This document shows positions 53,590-64,000 of a DNA stretch of 64,000 bases, one piece after another. This stretch comes from an uncultured Planctomycetota bacterium (GTDB lineage: Bacteria > Planctomycetota > Planctomycetia > Isosphaerales > Isosphaeraceae). The stretch covers positions 288,001 to 352,000 of the forward strand of contig CAWGMQ010000006.1 in NCBI GenBank assembly GCA_963823665.1, in the 5' to 3' direction. The notes under the pieces were generated by a model that worked only from the letters and a program-made list of their open reading frames with translations, had not been told where the DNA came from and did not search any database. Positions within the stretch are counted from its first letter, which is position 1, and each line of letters begins with the position of its first letter. The translations under genes were made by a program, and so were the position numbers.

Positions 53590-53977
53590 ATCAGCCCAAC
53601 ATGGCTACAAGATTGCCGGGTCGAGGCTGTATTGTCGCCGCCTCGAAATCAAGCAATTCAAGTCTCACCGCAACTTGTTGCCGATATCACGGCGATGGCA
53701 GAGGTTCCGGACTCAAAATCCGGTCCATCGTCGCCGGGCAGTTCGATCCGATTCCATGCGGCCCGTCCCGATACCTCGTCTACCACGATCAGCGTGAAGC
53801 CATCGCAGCTCTTCGAGATATTGGTAGGGGCGGCCGAGTTGCAGTTCCGCGGCACCAAAACGGTGGCAAACCACAGAAAAACAATACCGAAAAACTTTCG
53901 AAATCCTGGAAAACGGCAGCCCTTGGTATATCGCATTTAACTGGTTACCGAGAAAGGCGTTGTGTCAGACTGAACCT

Positions 53978-54024
53978 CCTGGTTTGCAACCAGGAGGTTG
54001 GCGGCTCGATCCCGCTGGTCTCCA
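53978..54024 (+). pseudogene. 3' half of tRNA-Ala(TGC), attR-like scar
   Basis: CCTGG-TTTGCAA-CCAGG, AGGTT, GGCGG-CTCGATC-CCGCT, GGTCTCCA. D-arm and 5' acceptor strand are absent. Confidence 0.75.
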
Positions 54025-54370
54025 TTTAACACCAATCAGACGTTCAACTTACGTCAGCTAATTGCTTCGGTGAGCTTCTGCTCCGGATTGACCATCGAAT
54101 GGAAGCGGCGTGGAATTGTCCCGTGATTCTGCGGGTTTTTCATTAGCGCGAGCGCCTGGGTGAGTACCAGGCGCTCTCCGGATCTCCAACTCGACAGTCG
54201 CCTTGCTACCTGAATCTCGCCCCGCCTTGCCGGGATCGCCGAGATTCATGTTGCCCGACGCAAGGTGGCCGCATAGCAGCGAAGCACTCTGCCCCGTCCG
54301 AATTGTCGCGACGGGGGTTCTCGCGTTGATCGTGCGATCGCTTCCCCCCGAACGTCCCGTTCCCTCCATG

Positions 54371-54400
54371 TTGGCCGATCTTCGTCCGGAGCGGTATTCT
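54371..54400 (+). promoter_or_regulatory. Putative sigma70-type promoter for a leaderless or very short-leader ECF transcript
   Basis: TTGGCC-N18-TATTCT, 7 nt before ATG 54408, no Shine-Dalgarno. Both boxes are conserved in copy 2 (59127-59156) while the spacer diverges. Confidence 0.45.
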
Positions 54401-54407
54401 TGACCTC

Positions 54408-54995
54408 ATGAACAACGAGGTCACCCGCATTCTTGGCGCCATTGAAGCGGGAAGCCCGCAAGCCGCCGAACGGCTACTGCCGCTGGTCTACGACGAGCTG
54501 CGCAGGCTGGCGGCGGCGCACATGGCGAACGAGGCGAGCGGCCATACCCTGTGCGCAACGGCTTTGGTTCACGAGGCCTATCTGAGACTGGTGGGAGATC
54601 AGCAGTTCAACAACCGGGGCCACTTCTTTGCGGCGGCATCTGAGGCCATGCGGCGCGTGCTGGTCGACCATGCTCGCAACCGCAAGCGGTTGCGGAGAGG
54701 CGGTCCGTCGCGATGGCGGGAGGAGCTTGAGCTCGACGCCGTGGCCCGGCTCGACGCCTCGCCCGACGACCTGCTCGACCTCGACGCCGCCCTTTCCCGG
54801 CTTGAGCGAGAAGACCCCCGCGCCGCCTCCTTGGTAAAGCTCCGTATGTTCGCCGGATTGACCCAGGACGAAGCGGCGACCGCGTTGGGTGTCGTCCGTC
54901 GGACCGCCGACCGCGACTGGGCATTCGCACGCGCCTGGCTATTTCGCCAGCTTTCGGAGAATTCATGTCGCACGGCGGAGCCAGACGGAGCATGA
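54408..54995 (+). CDS. ECF sigma factor (TIGR02999/ECF43-like, kinase-associated)
   Basis: EVTRILGAIEAG, LLPLVYDELRRLA, TLCATALVHEAYLRL, HFFAAASEAMRRVLVDHAR, DRDWAFARAWL. Confidence 0.92.
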   Translation: MNNEVTRILGAIEAGSPQAAERLLPLVYDELRRLAAAHMANEASGHTLCATALVHEAYLRLVGDQQFNNRGHFFAAASEAMRRVLVDHARNRKRLRRGGPSRWREELELDAVARLDASPDDLLDLDAALSRLEREDPRAASLVKLRMFAGLTQDEAATALGVVRRTADRDWAFARAWLFRQLSENSCRTAEPDGA

Positions 54996-55064
54996 CGATG
55001 AGGAGGCCGCTTTCGGGCCTCCGATCCAGAGTCGTTCCGAGCCGATCCCGAGGAGTCGACGCCC

Positions 55065-58000
55065 ATGACTTCGCCCGACCCCGACCTGAAGAGCTTATTC
55101 TGTGAAGCCCTCGAGCGGCCAGGCGGCCCCGAGCGGGACGCGTACCTCGAGGACGCATGTCGCGGCAACCCGGCGCTCAAAGCGGGAGTCGAGGAGCTAC
55201 TGGTGGCCCACGACCAGGCAGGCCGCTTCCTCGCACAAGGCCCGCAGCGCCCAGTCGCTGACGGTTCAAAGACCCTCGACGCCACCGTCACCGATGAGCC
55301 GTCGATTGCCACCAATGCGGCGGAAACGATTGCGGCCGAAACACACGATTTGGCACGAACTTCCGCCTCGGAAACGCTCGCCTTCGCGGAGAATGGGTCT
55401 GGCACCACGAACTCCACAACCGTCGCCTCAGGGCGGAAAAACCTTCCTGGCGGGTTCGTCCCGGGTCAGGTCATTGCGCTGCGGTACACCCTGCGAAGCC
55501 TGCTCGGCGAAGGGGGCCTGGGGACCGTCTACCTGGCCGAACAGACCGAGCCGGTCAAACGCCAGGTCGCACTCAAGTTGATCAAGCTTGGCATGGACTC
55601 GCGCACGGTCCTGGCCCGGTTCGACGCCGAACGCCAGGCGCTGGCGCTGATGGATCACCCGAACATCGCCCGCGTTTACGACGGAGGCACCACCGAAACC
55701 GGCCAGCCGTTCTTCGTGATGGAACTGGTGAACGGCCTGCCGATCACGGATTACTGCGACCGCAAACGGCTGCCGGTTCGCGCTCGGCTGGAGCTGTTCA
55801 TGGCCGTTTGCCAGGCGGTGCAGCATGCCCATCAAAAAGGAATCATCCACCGCGACCTCAAGCCTTCGAACGTGATGGTCACCGAGGTCGACGGCCATCC
55901 CACGCCCAAGGTCATCGATTTCGGCGTGGCCAAGGCCACGGAGTTCGACCTGACCGACCAAAGCCTGGGCGATACGGGAGCGATCGTCGGCACGCCTACC
56001 TATATGTCGCCCGAGCAAGCAGACCCGTCGTCGATGGACATCGACACACGGACCGACGTCTATGCGCTGGGCGTGATCCTCTACGAGTTGCTCGCCGGCT
56101 CGCCGCCGCTGAATGCATCGCAGTTCAAGCGAGGTGCGCTCTTGGAGATGCTGCGCATGGTGCGGGAGGTGGACCCGCCCCGTCCGAGCACGAAAGTGAG
56201 CACGGCGGAAGGGCTGCCCAACATCGCGGCCGGTCGCAGCATCGATCCGGCGCAATTGAAGCGAGCATTGACAGGTGATCTTGACTGGATCGTGATGAAG
56301 GCCCTGGAGAAGGACCGCACGCGGCGGTACGAGACAGCCAACGGCTTCGCCGCCGACATCAATAGGCACCTCTCGTTCGAGCCGGTACTGGCTGCGCCGC
56401 CGAGTCGGGTCTACCGAACGAAGAAATTCGTCCGCAAGCATCGCAACGGGGTGCTCGCGGCCAGCCTGGTGCTGCTGTCGCTGCTGGGCGGGTTGGCCGC
56501 CGTGGCGGCAGTGCAGACGGCGGCCAACGCCACGCTCGCCGCCTCGCTGACGAGAGAAACGAAAGCGAACACGGCCCTGAATGAAGCCAACGGCCAGCTC
56601 ACCAAATCACGTGCGGCCGTGGAGGCGCGGTACAAGCTGGCAACGGACGCGATCAAGACATTTCACACCGGCGTGAGTGAGGACTTCCTGCTCAAGGAGG
56701 AGAAATTCAAGGAGCTGCGCAACCGGCTGTTGAAATCGGCCTCGGACTTCTACGGCAAGCTCGGCGCCCTGCTCGGCAAGGAGACCGACATCGCCTCACG
56801 GCGGGCCCTGGCGCAGTCGAACTTCGAGCTGGCTGACCTGACGGCCAAAGTCGGCCGCAACGAGGACGCCCTGGCGGCGCATAATGCGGTGCTGGCGGCG
56901 CGTGAGGCACTGGCGGCCGAGCCGGGAGCGGGCACCCTAGCCAAAGTCGACGTCGGGCGCAGCTTCATCGCGGTCGCAGGGCTGCTCGAAGCGACCGGCA
57001 AGACGGACGAGGCGCTGGCGTCTTACCGGCGGTCAGAGTCACTGCTGGCCGTCCCAGCGGGTGCCGATCCGTCGGCGCGGGCCGCGCTGGCGGACTGCCG
57101 GTCGCAAATGGGTGGGCTCCTAACGGCCACGGGCAAGTCCGCCGCCGCCCTGGCGGCCTTCCGGCTGGCGCGGGCCGACCAGGAGGCGCTGGCCGCCGCT
57201 CCCGAAGCCTCCAACGACGCCCGCTACGACCTGGCGAACACGGTCCTCCATCTCGGCGCCCTGCTGGGGGCGACGGGCAAGGGGTCAGAGGAGGAGGCCG
57301 AGTTCCGCCGGGCGCTGGCGCTCTTCCAGAAGCTGGCCGACGACAACCCCGCCGTCACCAAATTCCGTAGCAGCCTGGCCTGGAGCCACAACAGCCTCGG
57401 GCAGGTGCTGATGGGCTCAGGCAGGACATCGGACGCGGAGGCCGAGCTCCGCAAGGGGCTGGCGCTCTACAAGAAGCTGGCCGACGACAACCCCGCCGTC
57501 ACCGACTTCCGCAGCGAGCTGACCGGGACCCACGACCACCTCGGCTTTTTGCTGTGGAACACGGGCAGGCTGGCGGAAGCGGAGGCCGAGCTCCGCAACG
57601 CGCTGGCGCTCGTGCAAAAGCTGGCCCACGACAACCCCACCGACACCGGCTTCCGCAGCCAATTGGCGCAAACCCACTTCGTCCTCGGTCACGTGTTGTC
57701 GGACATGGGCAAGCCAGTCGCGGCGGAGGCCGAGTACCGCGAGTCGCTGTCGATCCGGCAGAAGCTGGCCGACGACAACCCCGCCGTCACCTGGTCCCGC
57801 TTCAGCCTGGGGCACAGTCACTACTTCCTCGGCGCCCTGCTGTCGAAGACGGGCAAGCCGGCGGAATCGGAGGCCGAGTTCCGCAAGGCGATGGCGCTCT
57901 ACCAGAAGCTGGACGACGACGAGCCCGTCCGCACCGACTTCCGCCACTATCTGTCGTGGAGTCACCGCGCGCTCGCCGAACTGCTGTCGAAGACGGGCAA

Positions 58001-58820
58001 GCCGGCAGAGTCGGAGGCCGAGTACGGCAACGCGCTGGCGATCCGGCAGAAGCTGGCCGACGACGACCCCGCCGACACCGGCTTCCGCACCGTCCTGGCG
58101 GACTTCCACCTCGACCACGCCATCCTGCTGTCGGGGACGGGCAAGCCAGCGGAGGCGGAGTACCGCAAGGTGCTGGAGATCCGGCAGAAGCTGGTCGACG
58201 ACAACCCCTCTGTCATCGATCTCCGCGTAAACCTGTCCCTCGACTATTTGAGGGTAGCTGCCCTCCAGGCGTGGTTTGGGCAGGACAAGGAGCTTTCCTC
58301 GACTTGCGAGAAAGTCCTTTCGCTCGCGAAAGATACGGAAGATCCCACGGTCGCCGAAAGGGCGGCGAAGTGTTGCAGCCTGCGCCAGGCCGACCCCAAG
58401 CTGCGCGAAGCCGCGCTGGTTCTCGCCCGTCGCGCGGTCGAACATGGAAAGGGTTCCCAGTGGCTGGTTTTTTTCGAGATGGACCTCGGCATGGCGGAAT
58501 ACCGTAGCGGGCACTTCGCGGAAGCCGACGCCGCTTTGACCGCGGCGATGAATGATCCAGGTAAGAATAACACTGTATCAAGCACTTCAGCGTTCTACCG
58601 CGCGATGGGCCTGTTTCGACAGGGCAAGACCGACCTTGCCCGCAAGCTCGCTACCGAAGCGGCCGCGAAGATGAAACCGCTGCCCGTCGACGAGCAGAAG
58701 CCGCTTCTCGGCGGTGCCGACGAGAACGACCTGATCATGTGGCTGGCCTACAAGGAGGCGAAGGCCTTGATCCCGTTTGACGCGACCCCCGCCGCCCCGG
58801 CGCAGCCCCACACGAAATGA
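55065..58820 (+). CDS. Ser/Thr kinase - TM - TPR protein (copy 1)
   Basis: [32 protein letters not shown] segment [21 protein letters not shown]. 48-aa repeats containing [11 protein letters not shown]. Confidence 0.92.
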   Translation: MTSPDPDLKSLFCEALERPGGPERDAYLEDACRGNPALKAGVEELLVAHDQAGRFLAQGPQRPVADGSKTLDATVTDEPSIATNAAETIAAETHDLARTSASETLAFAENGSGTTNSTTVASGRKNLPGGFVPGQVIALRYTLRSLLGEGGLGTVYLAEQTEPVKRQVALKLIKLGMDSRTVLARFDAERQALALMDHPNIARVYDGGTTETGQPFFVMELVNGLPITDYCDRKRLPVRARLELFMAVCQAVQHAHQKGIIHRDLKPSNVMVTEVDGHPTPKVIDFGVAKATEFDLTDQSLGDTGAIVGTPTYMSPEQADPSSMDIDTRTDVYALGVILYELLAGSPPLNASQFKRGALLEMLRMVREVDPPRPSTKVSTAEGLPNIAAGRSIDPAQLKRALTGDLDWIVMKALEKDRTRRYETANGFAADINRHLSFEPVLAAPPSRVYRTKKFVRKHRNGVLAASLVLLSLLGGLAAVAAVQTAANATLAASLTRETKANTALNEANGQLTKSRAAVEARYKLATDAIKTFHTGVSEDFLLKEEKFKELRNRLLKSASDFYGKLGALLGKETDIASRRALAQSNFELADLTAKVGRNEDALAAHNAVLAAREALAAEPGAGTLAKVDVGRSFIAVAGLLEATGKTDEALASYRRSESLLAVPAGADPSARAALADCRSQMGGLLTATGKSAAALAAFRLARADQEALAAAPEASNDARYDLANTVLHLGALLGATGKGSEEEAEFRRALALFQKLADDNPAVTKFRSSLAWSHNSLGQVLMGSGRTSDAEAELRKGLALYKKLADDNPAVTDFRSELTGTHDHLGFLLWNTGRLAEAEAELRNALALVQKLAHDNPTDTGFRSQLAQTHFVLGHVLSDMGKPVAAEAEYRESLSIRQKLADDNPAVTWSRFSLGHSHYFLGALLSKTGKPAESEAEFRKAMALYQKLDDDEPVRTDFRHYLSWSHRALAELLSKTGKPAESEAEYGNALAIRQKLADDDPADTGFRTVLADFHLDHAILLSGTGKPAEAEYRKVLEIRQKLVDDNPSVIDLRVNLSLDYLRVAALQAWFGQDKELSSTCEKVLSLAKDTEDPTVAERAAKCCSLRQADPKLREAALVLARRAVEHGKGSQWLVFFEMDLGMAEYRSGHFAEADAALTAAMNDPGKNNTVSSTSAFYRAMGLFRQGKTDLARKLATEAAAKMKPLPVDEQKPLLGGADENDLIMWLAYKEAKALIPFDATPAAPAQPHTK

Positions 58821-59163
58821 CCGCGTGTCTGGGATGAGATGGATCAGCCCGCGAGAGCACCAGAGGTGGGGCCAGAGTCCGGGTCGGGCAACCCACCAAA
58901 GCCGCCGACCTGCCGCGGGCAGTGGAGCTGTGGGATAAATTTAGAAGGTCTTCATTCGTAGAATGGTATCTATCCATTTGTGGCTAGACTCCATCATGTC
59001 GTGCCCGGAGCCGCCGATTTTTCACGCCCAATGCAAAATGGCTGCCTGGCTCGGTTCCCTATATACTTGCGATGAGCTTCATGCAGGACGGGATCCCTTT
59101 CCACGGAACGTCCCGTTCCCTACGTGTTGGCCGATCATCGCCCGGGCCGGTATTCTTGACCTC

Positions 59164-59751
59164 ATGAAGAACGCGCTCACCCGCATCCTCGGCGCCATTG
59201 AAGCTGGAAACCCGCAAGCCGCCGATCGGTTACTGCCGCTGGTATACGAGGAGCTGCGCAAGCTGGCGGCCGCACACATGGCGAACGAGGCTGGTGACCA
59301 TACCCTGTGCGCAACGGCTTTGGTTCACGAGGCCTATCTGCGGCTGGTGGGAGATCAGCAGTTCAACAACCGAGGTCATTTCTTCGCCGCGGCGTCTGAG
59401 GCCATGCGGCGCGTGCTGGTCGACCATGCTCGCAACCGCAAGCGGCTTCGAAGGGGCGGTCCTTCGCGACGGCGCGATGAGCTTGAACTCGACGCCGTGG
59501 CTCGGCTCGACGCTTCGCCGGACGACTTGCTCGACCTCGACGCCGCCCTTTCCCGGCTTGAGCGAGAAGACCCCCGCGCCGCCTCGTTGGTCAAGCTACG
59601 AATGTTCGCCGGACTGACCCAGGATGAAGCGGCGACCGCGTTGGGGGTGGTCCGTCGGACAGCCGACCGCGACTGGGCCTTCGCACGCGCCTGGCTTTTT
59701 CGGCAACTTTCGGAGAATTCATGTCGCACGGCGGAGCCAGACGGAGCATGA
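59164..59751 (+). CDS. ECF sigma factor (copy 2)
   Basis: MKNALTRILGAIEAG...TLCATALVHEAYLRL; close paralog of 54408..54995. Confidence 0.92.
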   Translation: MKNALTRILGAIEAGNPQAADRLLPLVYEELRKLAAAHMANEAGDHTLCATALVHEAYLRLVGDQQFNNRGHFFAAASEAMRRVLVDHARNRKRLRRGGPSRRRDELELDAVARLDASPDDLLDLDAALSRLEREDPRAASLVKLRMFAGLTQDEAATALGVVRRTADRDWAFARAWLFRQLSENSCRTAEPDGA

Positions 59752-59820
59752 CGATGAGAAGGCCGTTTTCGGGCCTCCGATCCTGAGTCGTTCCGAGCCG
59801 ATCCCGAGGAGTCGACGCCC

Positions 59821-62800
59821 ATGGCCTCACCCGACGCCAACCTGAAGAGCTTATTCTGCGAAGCCCTTGAGCGGCCATTCGGCCCCGAGCGGGACGCGTA
59901 CCTTGAGGACGCATGTCGCGGCAACCCAGCGCTCAAGGCGGGAGTCGAGGGGCTACTGGCGGCCCACGACCAGGCAGGCCGCTTCCTTGCACAAGGCCCG
60001 GAGGGACCGGTCGCTGACGGGTTAGAGACCCTTGCCGCCACCGGAACCGATGCGCCGTCGATTGCCGCCAATTCAGCGGAAACGATTGCCAACGAGTCAC
60101 ACCAATCGGCAAGAACTTCCGCCTCGGAAACGCTCGCCCTCGCGGAGAATGGATCTGGCACCACGAACGCCACAGCCGTCGCCCCAGGGTGGAAAAAACG
60201 CCCTGGCGGAGTCGTGCCGGGTCAGATCATCGCGTTGCGGTACACGCTGCGAAACCTGCTCGGCGAAGGGGGACTGGGAACGGTTTACGTGGCCGAACAG
60301 ACCGAACCGGTGAAACGCCAGGTCGCGCTCAAGCTGATCAAGGTTGGCATGGACTCGCGCGCGGTTCTGGCCCGGTTCGACGCCGAACGCCAGGCGCTGG
60401 CGCTGATGGATCACCCGAACATCGCCCGCGTTTACGACGGAGGCACGACCGAAACCGGCCAGCCGTACTTTGTGATGGAACTGGTGAACGGCCTGCCGAT
60501 CACGGATTACTGCGACCGCAAACGGCTGCCGGTTCGGGCTCGGCTGGAGCTGTTCGTGGCCGTTTGCCAGGCGGTGCAGCATGCCCATCAAAAAGGAATC
60601 ATCCACCGCGACCTCAAGCCTTCGAACGTGATGGTCACCGAGGTCGACGGCCGTCCCACGCCCAAGGTCATCGATTTCGGCGTGGCCAAGGCCACGGAGT
60701 TCGACCTGACCGACCAAAGCCTGGGCGATACCGGAGCGATCGTCGGCACGCCTACCTACATGTCGCCCGAGCAAGCGGACCCGTCGTCGATGGACATCGA
60801 CACACGGACCGACGTCTATGCGCTGGGCGTGATCCTCTACGAGTTACTCGCCGGTTCGCCGCCGATGGATACATCGCAGTTCAAGAGAGGTGCGCTGCTG
60901 GAAATGCTGCGCATGGTGCGGGAGGTCGATCCGCCCCGCCCGAGCACTAAGGCGAGCACGGCGGAAGGGCTGCCCAGCATCGCGGCCGGTCGCAGCATCG
61001 ATCCGGCGCAATTGAAGCGAGCATTGACGGGTGATCTCGACTGGATCGTGATGAAGGCCTTGGAGAAGGACCGCACCCGGCGGTACGAGACAGCCAACGG
61101 CTTCGCCGCCGACATCAATCGGCACCTTTCGTCCGAGCCGGTACTGGCCGCGCCGCCGAGTCGGGTCTACCGAACGAAGAAATTTGTCCGCAGGCATCGC
61201 AACGGGGTGCTCGCCGCGAGCCTGGTGCTACTGTCACTGCTCGGCGGCCTGGCCGCGGTGGCGGCAGTGCAGACGGCGGCCAACGCCATGCTCAAGGCCT
61301 CGCTGACGAGAGAAACACGCGCGAACATGGCCCTGAATGAAGCCAACGGCCAGCTCACCAAATCACGTGCGGCCGTGGAGGCGAGATATAAGCTGGCAAC
61401 GGAGGCGATCAAGACGTTTCACACCGGCGTGAGTGAGGACTTCCTGCTCAAGGAGGAGAAATTCAAGGAGCTGCGCAACCGGCTCTTGAAATCGGCCTCG
61501 GACTTCTATGGCAAGCTCGGCGCCCTGCTCGGCAAGGAGACCGACATCGCCTCGCGGCGGGCCCTGGCGCAGTCCAACTTCGAGCTGGCCGACCTGACGG
61601 GCAAGGTCGGCCGCAACGAGGACGCCTCGGCGGCGCATCGTGCGGTCCTGGCGGCTCACGAGGCGCTGGCGGCCGAGCCGGGGGCCGGCGTCGTGGCCAA
61701 GGTCGACGTCGGGCGCAGCTTGATCGCGGTCGGCGGGCTGCTCGAAGCGACCGGCAAGACGGACGAGGCGCTGGCGGCCTACCGGCGGTCGGAGTCGCTG
61801 CTCGCCGGCCCGGCGGGTGCCGATCCGTCGGCGCGGGCCGCGCTGGCGGCCTGCCGGTCGCAAATGGGTTGGCTCCTGAACACCACGGGCAAGTCCGCAG
61901 ACGCCCTGGCGGCCTTCCGGCTGGCGCGGGCCGACCAGGAGGCGCTGGCCGCCGCTCCAGAAGCCTCCAACGAGGCCCGCCACGCCCTGGCGGACACGGT
62001 CCTCCGACTTGGCACCCTGCTGAAGCAGGCGGGCAAGCCGTCACAGGCGGAGGCCGAGTACCGCCGGGCGCTGGAGATCTCCCAGAAGCTGGCCGACAAC
62101 AACCCCGTCGTCACCAAATTCCGCAGCCGCCTGGCGGAAAGTCACTTCAGCCTCGGCTGGCTGCTGGACAGCACGGGCAAGAATACGGAGGCGGAGGCCG
62201 AGCACCGCAAGGGGCTGGCGCTCTTCCAGAAGCTGGCCGACGACAACCCCGCCGTCACCAAATTCCGCAGCGACCTGGCGTGGAGTCACAACAACCTCGG
62301 CGCCACGTTGAATCACATGGGCAAGCCAGTCGCGGCGGCGGCCGAGTTCCGCAAGGAGCTGGCGCTCCAGCAGAAGCTGGCCGACGACAACCCCTCCGTC
62401 ATCGAATTCCGCAACGGCCTGGCGCTCAGCCACTTAAACCACGGCATCCTGCTGGGGGAGGCGGGCAAGCCGGCGGAGGCGGAGCCCGAGTACCGTAAGG
62501 CGCTGGCACTCTGGCAGAAGCTGGCCGACGACAACCCCGCCGTCACCGAATTCCGCATGTGGCTGGCGGATAGCCACAACATCCTCGGCAACGTGCTGTC
62601 GAAGACGAGCAAGACGGCGGAGGCGGAGGCCGAGCGCCGCACGGCGGTGGCGATCCGGCGGAAGCTGGTCGACGACCACCCTGCCGACACCAGCTTCCGC
62701 CAGCGGCTGGCGGACAGCCACTTCGACTTCGGCATCCTGCTGTCGGGGACGGGCAAGACGGCGGAGGCGGAGGCCGAGCGCCGCAAGGCGGTGGCGATCC

Positions 62801-63582
62801 GGCAGAAGCTGGTCGACGACCACCCCGCCGACACCAGCTTCCGCCAGCGGCTGGCGGACAGCCACTTCGACCTCGGCATCCTGCTGTCGGGGACGGGCAA
62901 GCCAGCGGAGGCGGCGGTCGAGTACCGCAAGGCGGTGGCGATCCGGCAGAAGCTGGCCGACGACAACCCCTCTGACATCGATCTCCGCCGTAAGCTGTCC
63001 TGGGACTATTTGAGGGTAGCTGCTCTCCAGGCGTGGTTTGGGCAGGACACGGAGCTTTCCTCCACTTGCGAGAAACTCCTTTCGCTCGCGAAAGATACGG
63101 AAGGTCCCGAGTTCGCCGAATGGGCGGCGAAGTGTTGCAGCCTGCGCCAGGCCGACCCCAAGCTGCGCGAAGCCGCGCTGGTTCTCGCCCGTCGCGCGGT
63201 GGAACATGGAAAGGGTTCCCAGTGGCTGGTTTATTACGAGATGGCCCTCGGCATGGCAGAATACCGGAGCGGACACTTCGCGGAAGCCGACGCCGCTTTG
63301 ACCGCGGCGATGAATGATCCAGGTAAAAATAACGCTGTATCAAGCACTTCAGCGTTCTACCGCGCGATAAGCCTGTTTCGACAGGGCAAGACCGACCTTG
63401 CCCGCAAGCTCGCTACCGAAGCGGCCGCGCAGATGAAACCGCTGCCCGTCGACGAGCAGAAACCGCTTCTCGGCGGTGCCGACGCGAACGACCTGATCAT
63501 GTGGCTGGCCTACAAGGAAGCGAAGGCCATGATCCAGTTTGACGCGACCCCCGCCGCCCCGGCGCAGCCCCACACGAAATGA
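59821..63582 (+). CDS. Ser/Thr kinase - TM - TPR protein (copy 2)
   Basis: Same motifs and architecture as 55065..58820, with a diverged TPR region. Confidence 0.92.
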   Translation: MASPDANLKSLFCEALERPFGPERDAYLEDACRGNPALKAGVEGLLAAHDQAGRFLAQGPEGPVADGLETLAATGTDAPSIAANSAETIANESHQSARTSASETLALAENGSGTTNATAVAPGWKKRPGGVVPGQIIALRYTLRNLLGEGGLGTVYVAEQTEPVKRQVALKLIKVGMDSRAVLARFDAERQALALMDHPNIARVYDGGTTETGQPYFVMELVNGLPITDYCDRKRLPVRARLELFVAVCQAVQHAHQKGIIHRDLKPSNVMVTEVDGRPTPKVIDFGVAKATEFDLTDQSLGDTGAIVGTPTYMSPEQADPSSMDIDTRTDVYALGVILYELLAGSPPMDTSQFKRGALLEMLRMVREVDPPRPSTKASTAEGLPSIAAGRSIDPAQLKRALTGDLDWIVMKALEKDRTRRYETANGFAADINRHLSSEPVLAAPPSRVYRTKKFVRRHRNGVLAASLVLLSLLGGLAAVAAVQTAANAMLKASLTRETRANMALNEANGQLTKSRAAVEARYKLATEAIKTFHTGVSEDFLLKEEKFKELRNRLLKSASDFYGKLGALLGKETDIASRRALAQSNFELADLTGKVGRNEDASAAHRAVLAAHEALAAEPGAGVVAKVDVGRSLIAVGGLLEATGKTDEALAAYRRSESLLAGPAGADPSARAALAACRSQMGWLLNTTGKSADALAAFRLARADQEALAAAPEASNEARHALADTVLRLGTLLKQAGKPSQAEAEYRRALEISQKLADNNPVVTKFRSRLAESHFSLGWLLDSTGKNTEAEAEHRKGLALFQKLADDNPAVTKFRSDLAWSHNNLGATLNHMGKPVAAAAEFRKELALQQKLADDNPSVIEFRNGLALSHLNHGILLGEAGKPAEAEPEYRKALALWQKLADDNPAVTEFRMWLADSHNILGNVLSKTSKTAEAEAERRTAVAIRRKLVDDHPADTSFRQRLADSHFDFGILLSGTGKTAEAEAERRKAVAIRQKLVDDHPADTSFRQRLADSHFDLGILLSGTGKPAEAAVEYRKAVAIRQKLADDNPSDIDLRRKLSWDYLRVAALQAWFGQDTELSSTCEKLLSLAKDTEGPEFAEWAAKCCSLRQADPKLREAALVLARRAVEHGKGSQWLVYYEMALGMAEYRSGHFAEADAALTAAMNDPGKNNAVSSTSAFYRAISLFRQGKTDLARKLATEAAAQMKPLPVDEQKPLLGGADANDLIMWLAYKEAKAMIQFDATPAAPAQPHTK

Positions 63583-63598
63583 CCGCGTGTCTGGGATG

Positions 63599-63634
63599 GG
63601 ACGGAAACAGGGACGCGGACGGAAACAAGGACGC
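63599..63634 (+). repeat. Short tandem repeat (2 x 18 bp)
   Basis: GGACGGAAACAGGGACGC GGACGGAAACAAGGACGC starts exactly where the duplicated cassette ends. A partial third copy is at 63668. Confidence 0.6.
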
Positions 63635-63734
63635 GACCAGTATCGACAAAGACGGCGGGGTAGTGGCGGACGGAAACCGCAACGTCTCCAACCGCTCGGA
63701 ATGGATTTTGGTTCCGAGCGAGGTGTCGCTCTTG

Positions 63735-64000
63735 GGTACCTTGCTCCCTTGCCGACGTTCTCTTCCTTCAGTGCCAGTCCGAAATCGGCGACGTAGGGCT
63801 TGTCGTCCTGACCGATCAGGATATTGCCCGGCTTCACGTCCCTATGAACGAGTCCGTGCTTGTGGGCGTAATGCAGGGCGTCGGCCACAGTCGCCACCAG
63901 CACCGCGGCGTCCCGATAATCGAGCCGCTCGCGTTTCAGCCGTTTCGACAGGTCGGTCTCGTCGGTGTATTTCGAGACAACGTAGCAGGGGCAGTGCTCG
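63735..64000 (-). pseudogene. Ser/Thr kinase entering from the right edge, truncated after the DFG motif
   Basis: [24 protein letters not shown]...[20 protein letters not shown], then no GTPxYMxPE; the sequence becomes unrelated. Confidence 0.7.

Larger units (their letters stand above)
54350..63598 (+). repeat. Tandem duplication of an ECF + kinase-TPR cassette (copy 1 ~54350-58836, copy 2 ~59106-63598)
   Basis: Near-identical upstream DNA (GAACGTCCCGTTCCCT), ECF, intergenic spacer, kinase domain and 3' end (CACGAAATGACCGCGTGTCTGGGATG). Confidence 0.95.

Noticed and set aside
53100..53940. ORFs next to the tRNA-Ala fragment checked for an integrase or transposase
   Set aside because: No tyrosine-recombinase R-H-R-Y or DDE motifs were recognised in the listed frames.
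44625..54024. Treating the two tRNA fragments as the paired ends of one island
   Set aside because: They derive from different tRNAs (Leu versus Ala) and both are 3' fragments in the same orientation, so they are not an attL/attR direct-repeat pair.

Overview
High-GC bacterial DNA, almost certainly Planctomycetota (Isosphaeraceae-like). The markers are DUF1501, a PSD1/DUF1549-DUF1553 cytochrome c gene, LESRxLL-motif extracellular proteins and many ECF sigma/Ser-Thr kinase pairs. Many conserved genes are broken by single-base frameshifts, most simply explained by uncorrected long-read indels. The window is accessory-rich and has three candidate conflict or defence loci. (1) A cytoplasmic S8 protease - alpha/beta hydrolase - SIR2 - nSTAND1/TM/WD40 gene cluster at 2.6-12.9 kb. 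(2) An alpha/beta hydrolase - CHAT caspase-like protease - phospholipase D polyprotein at 35.2-40.5 kb. (3) An ECF sigma plus kinase-NB-ARC-TPR (NLR-like) pair at 45-53 kb, divergent from three secreted-protein genes including a 4-Cys mini-peptide and lying between two tRNA 3'-fragments (att-like scars). Also present: a tandem duplication of an ECF/kinase-TPR cassette with diverged TPRs, a cluster of decayed toxin-antitoxin modules, and a 21-codon ECF relic fused to a kinase start. All family calls come from motif recognition by eye; no searches were run.
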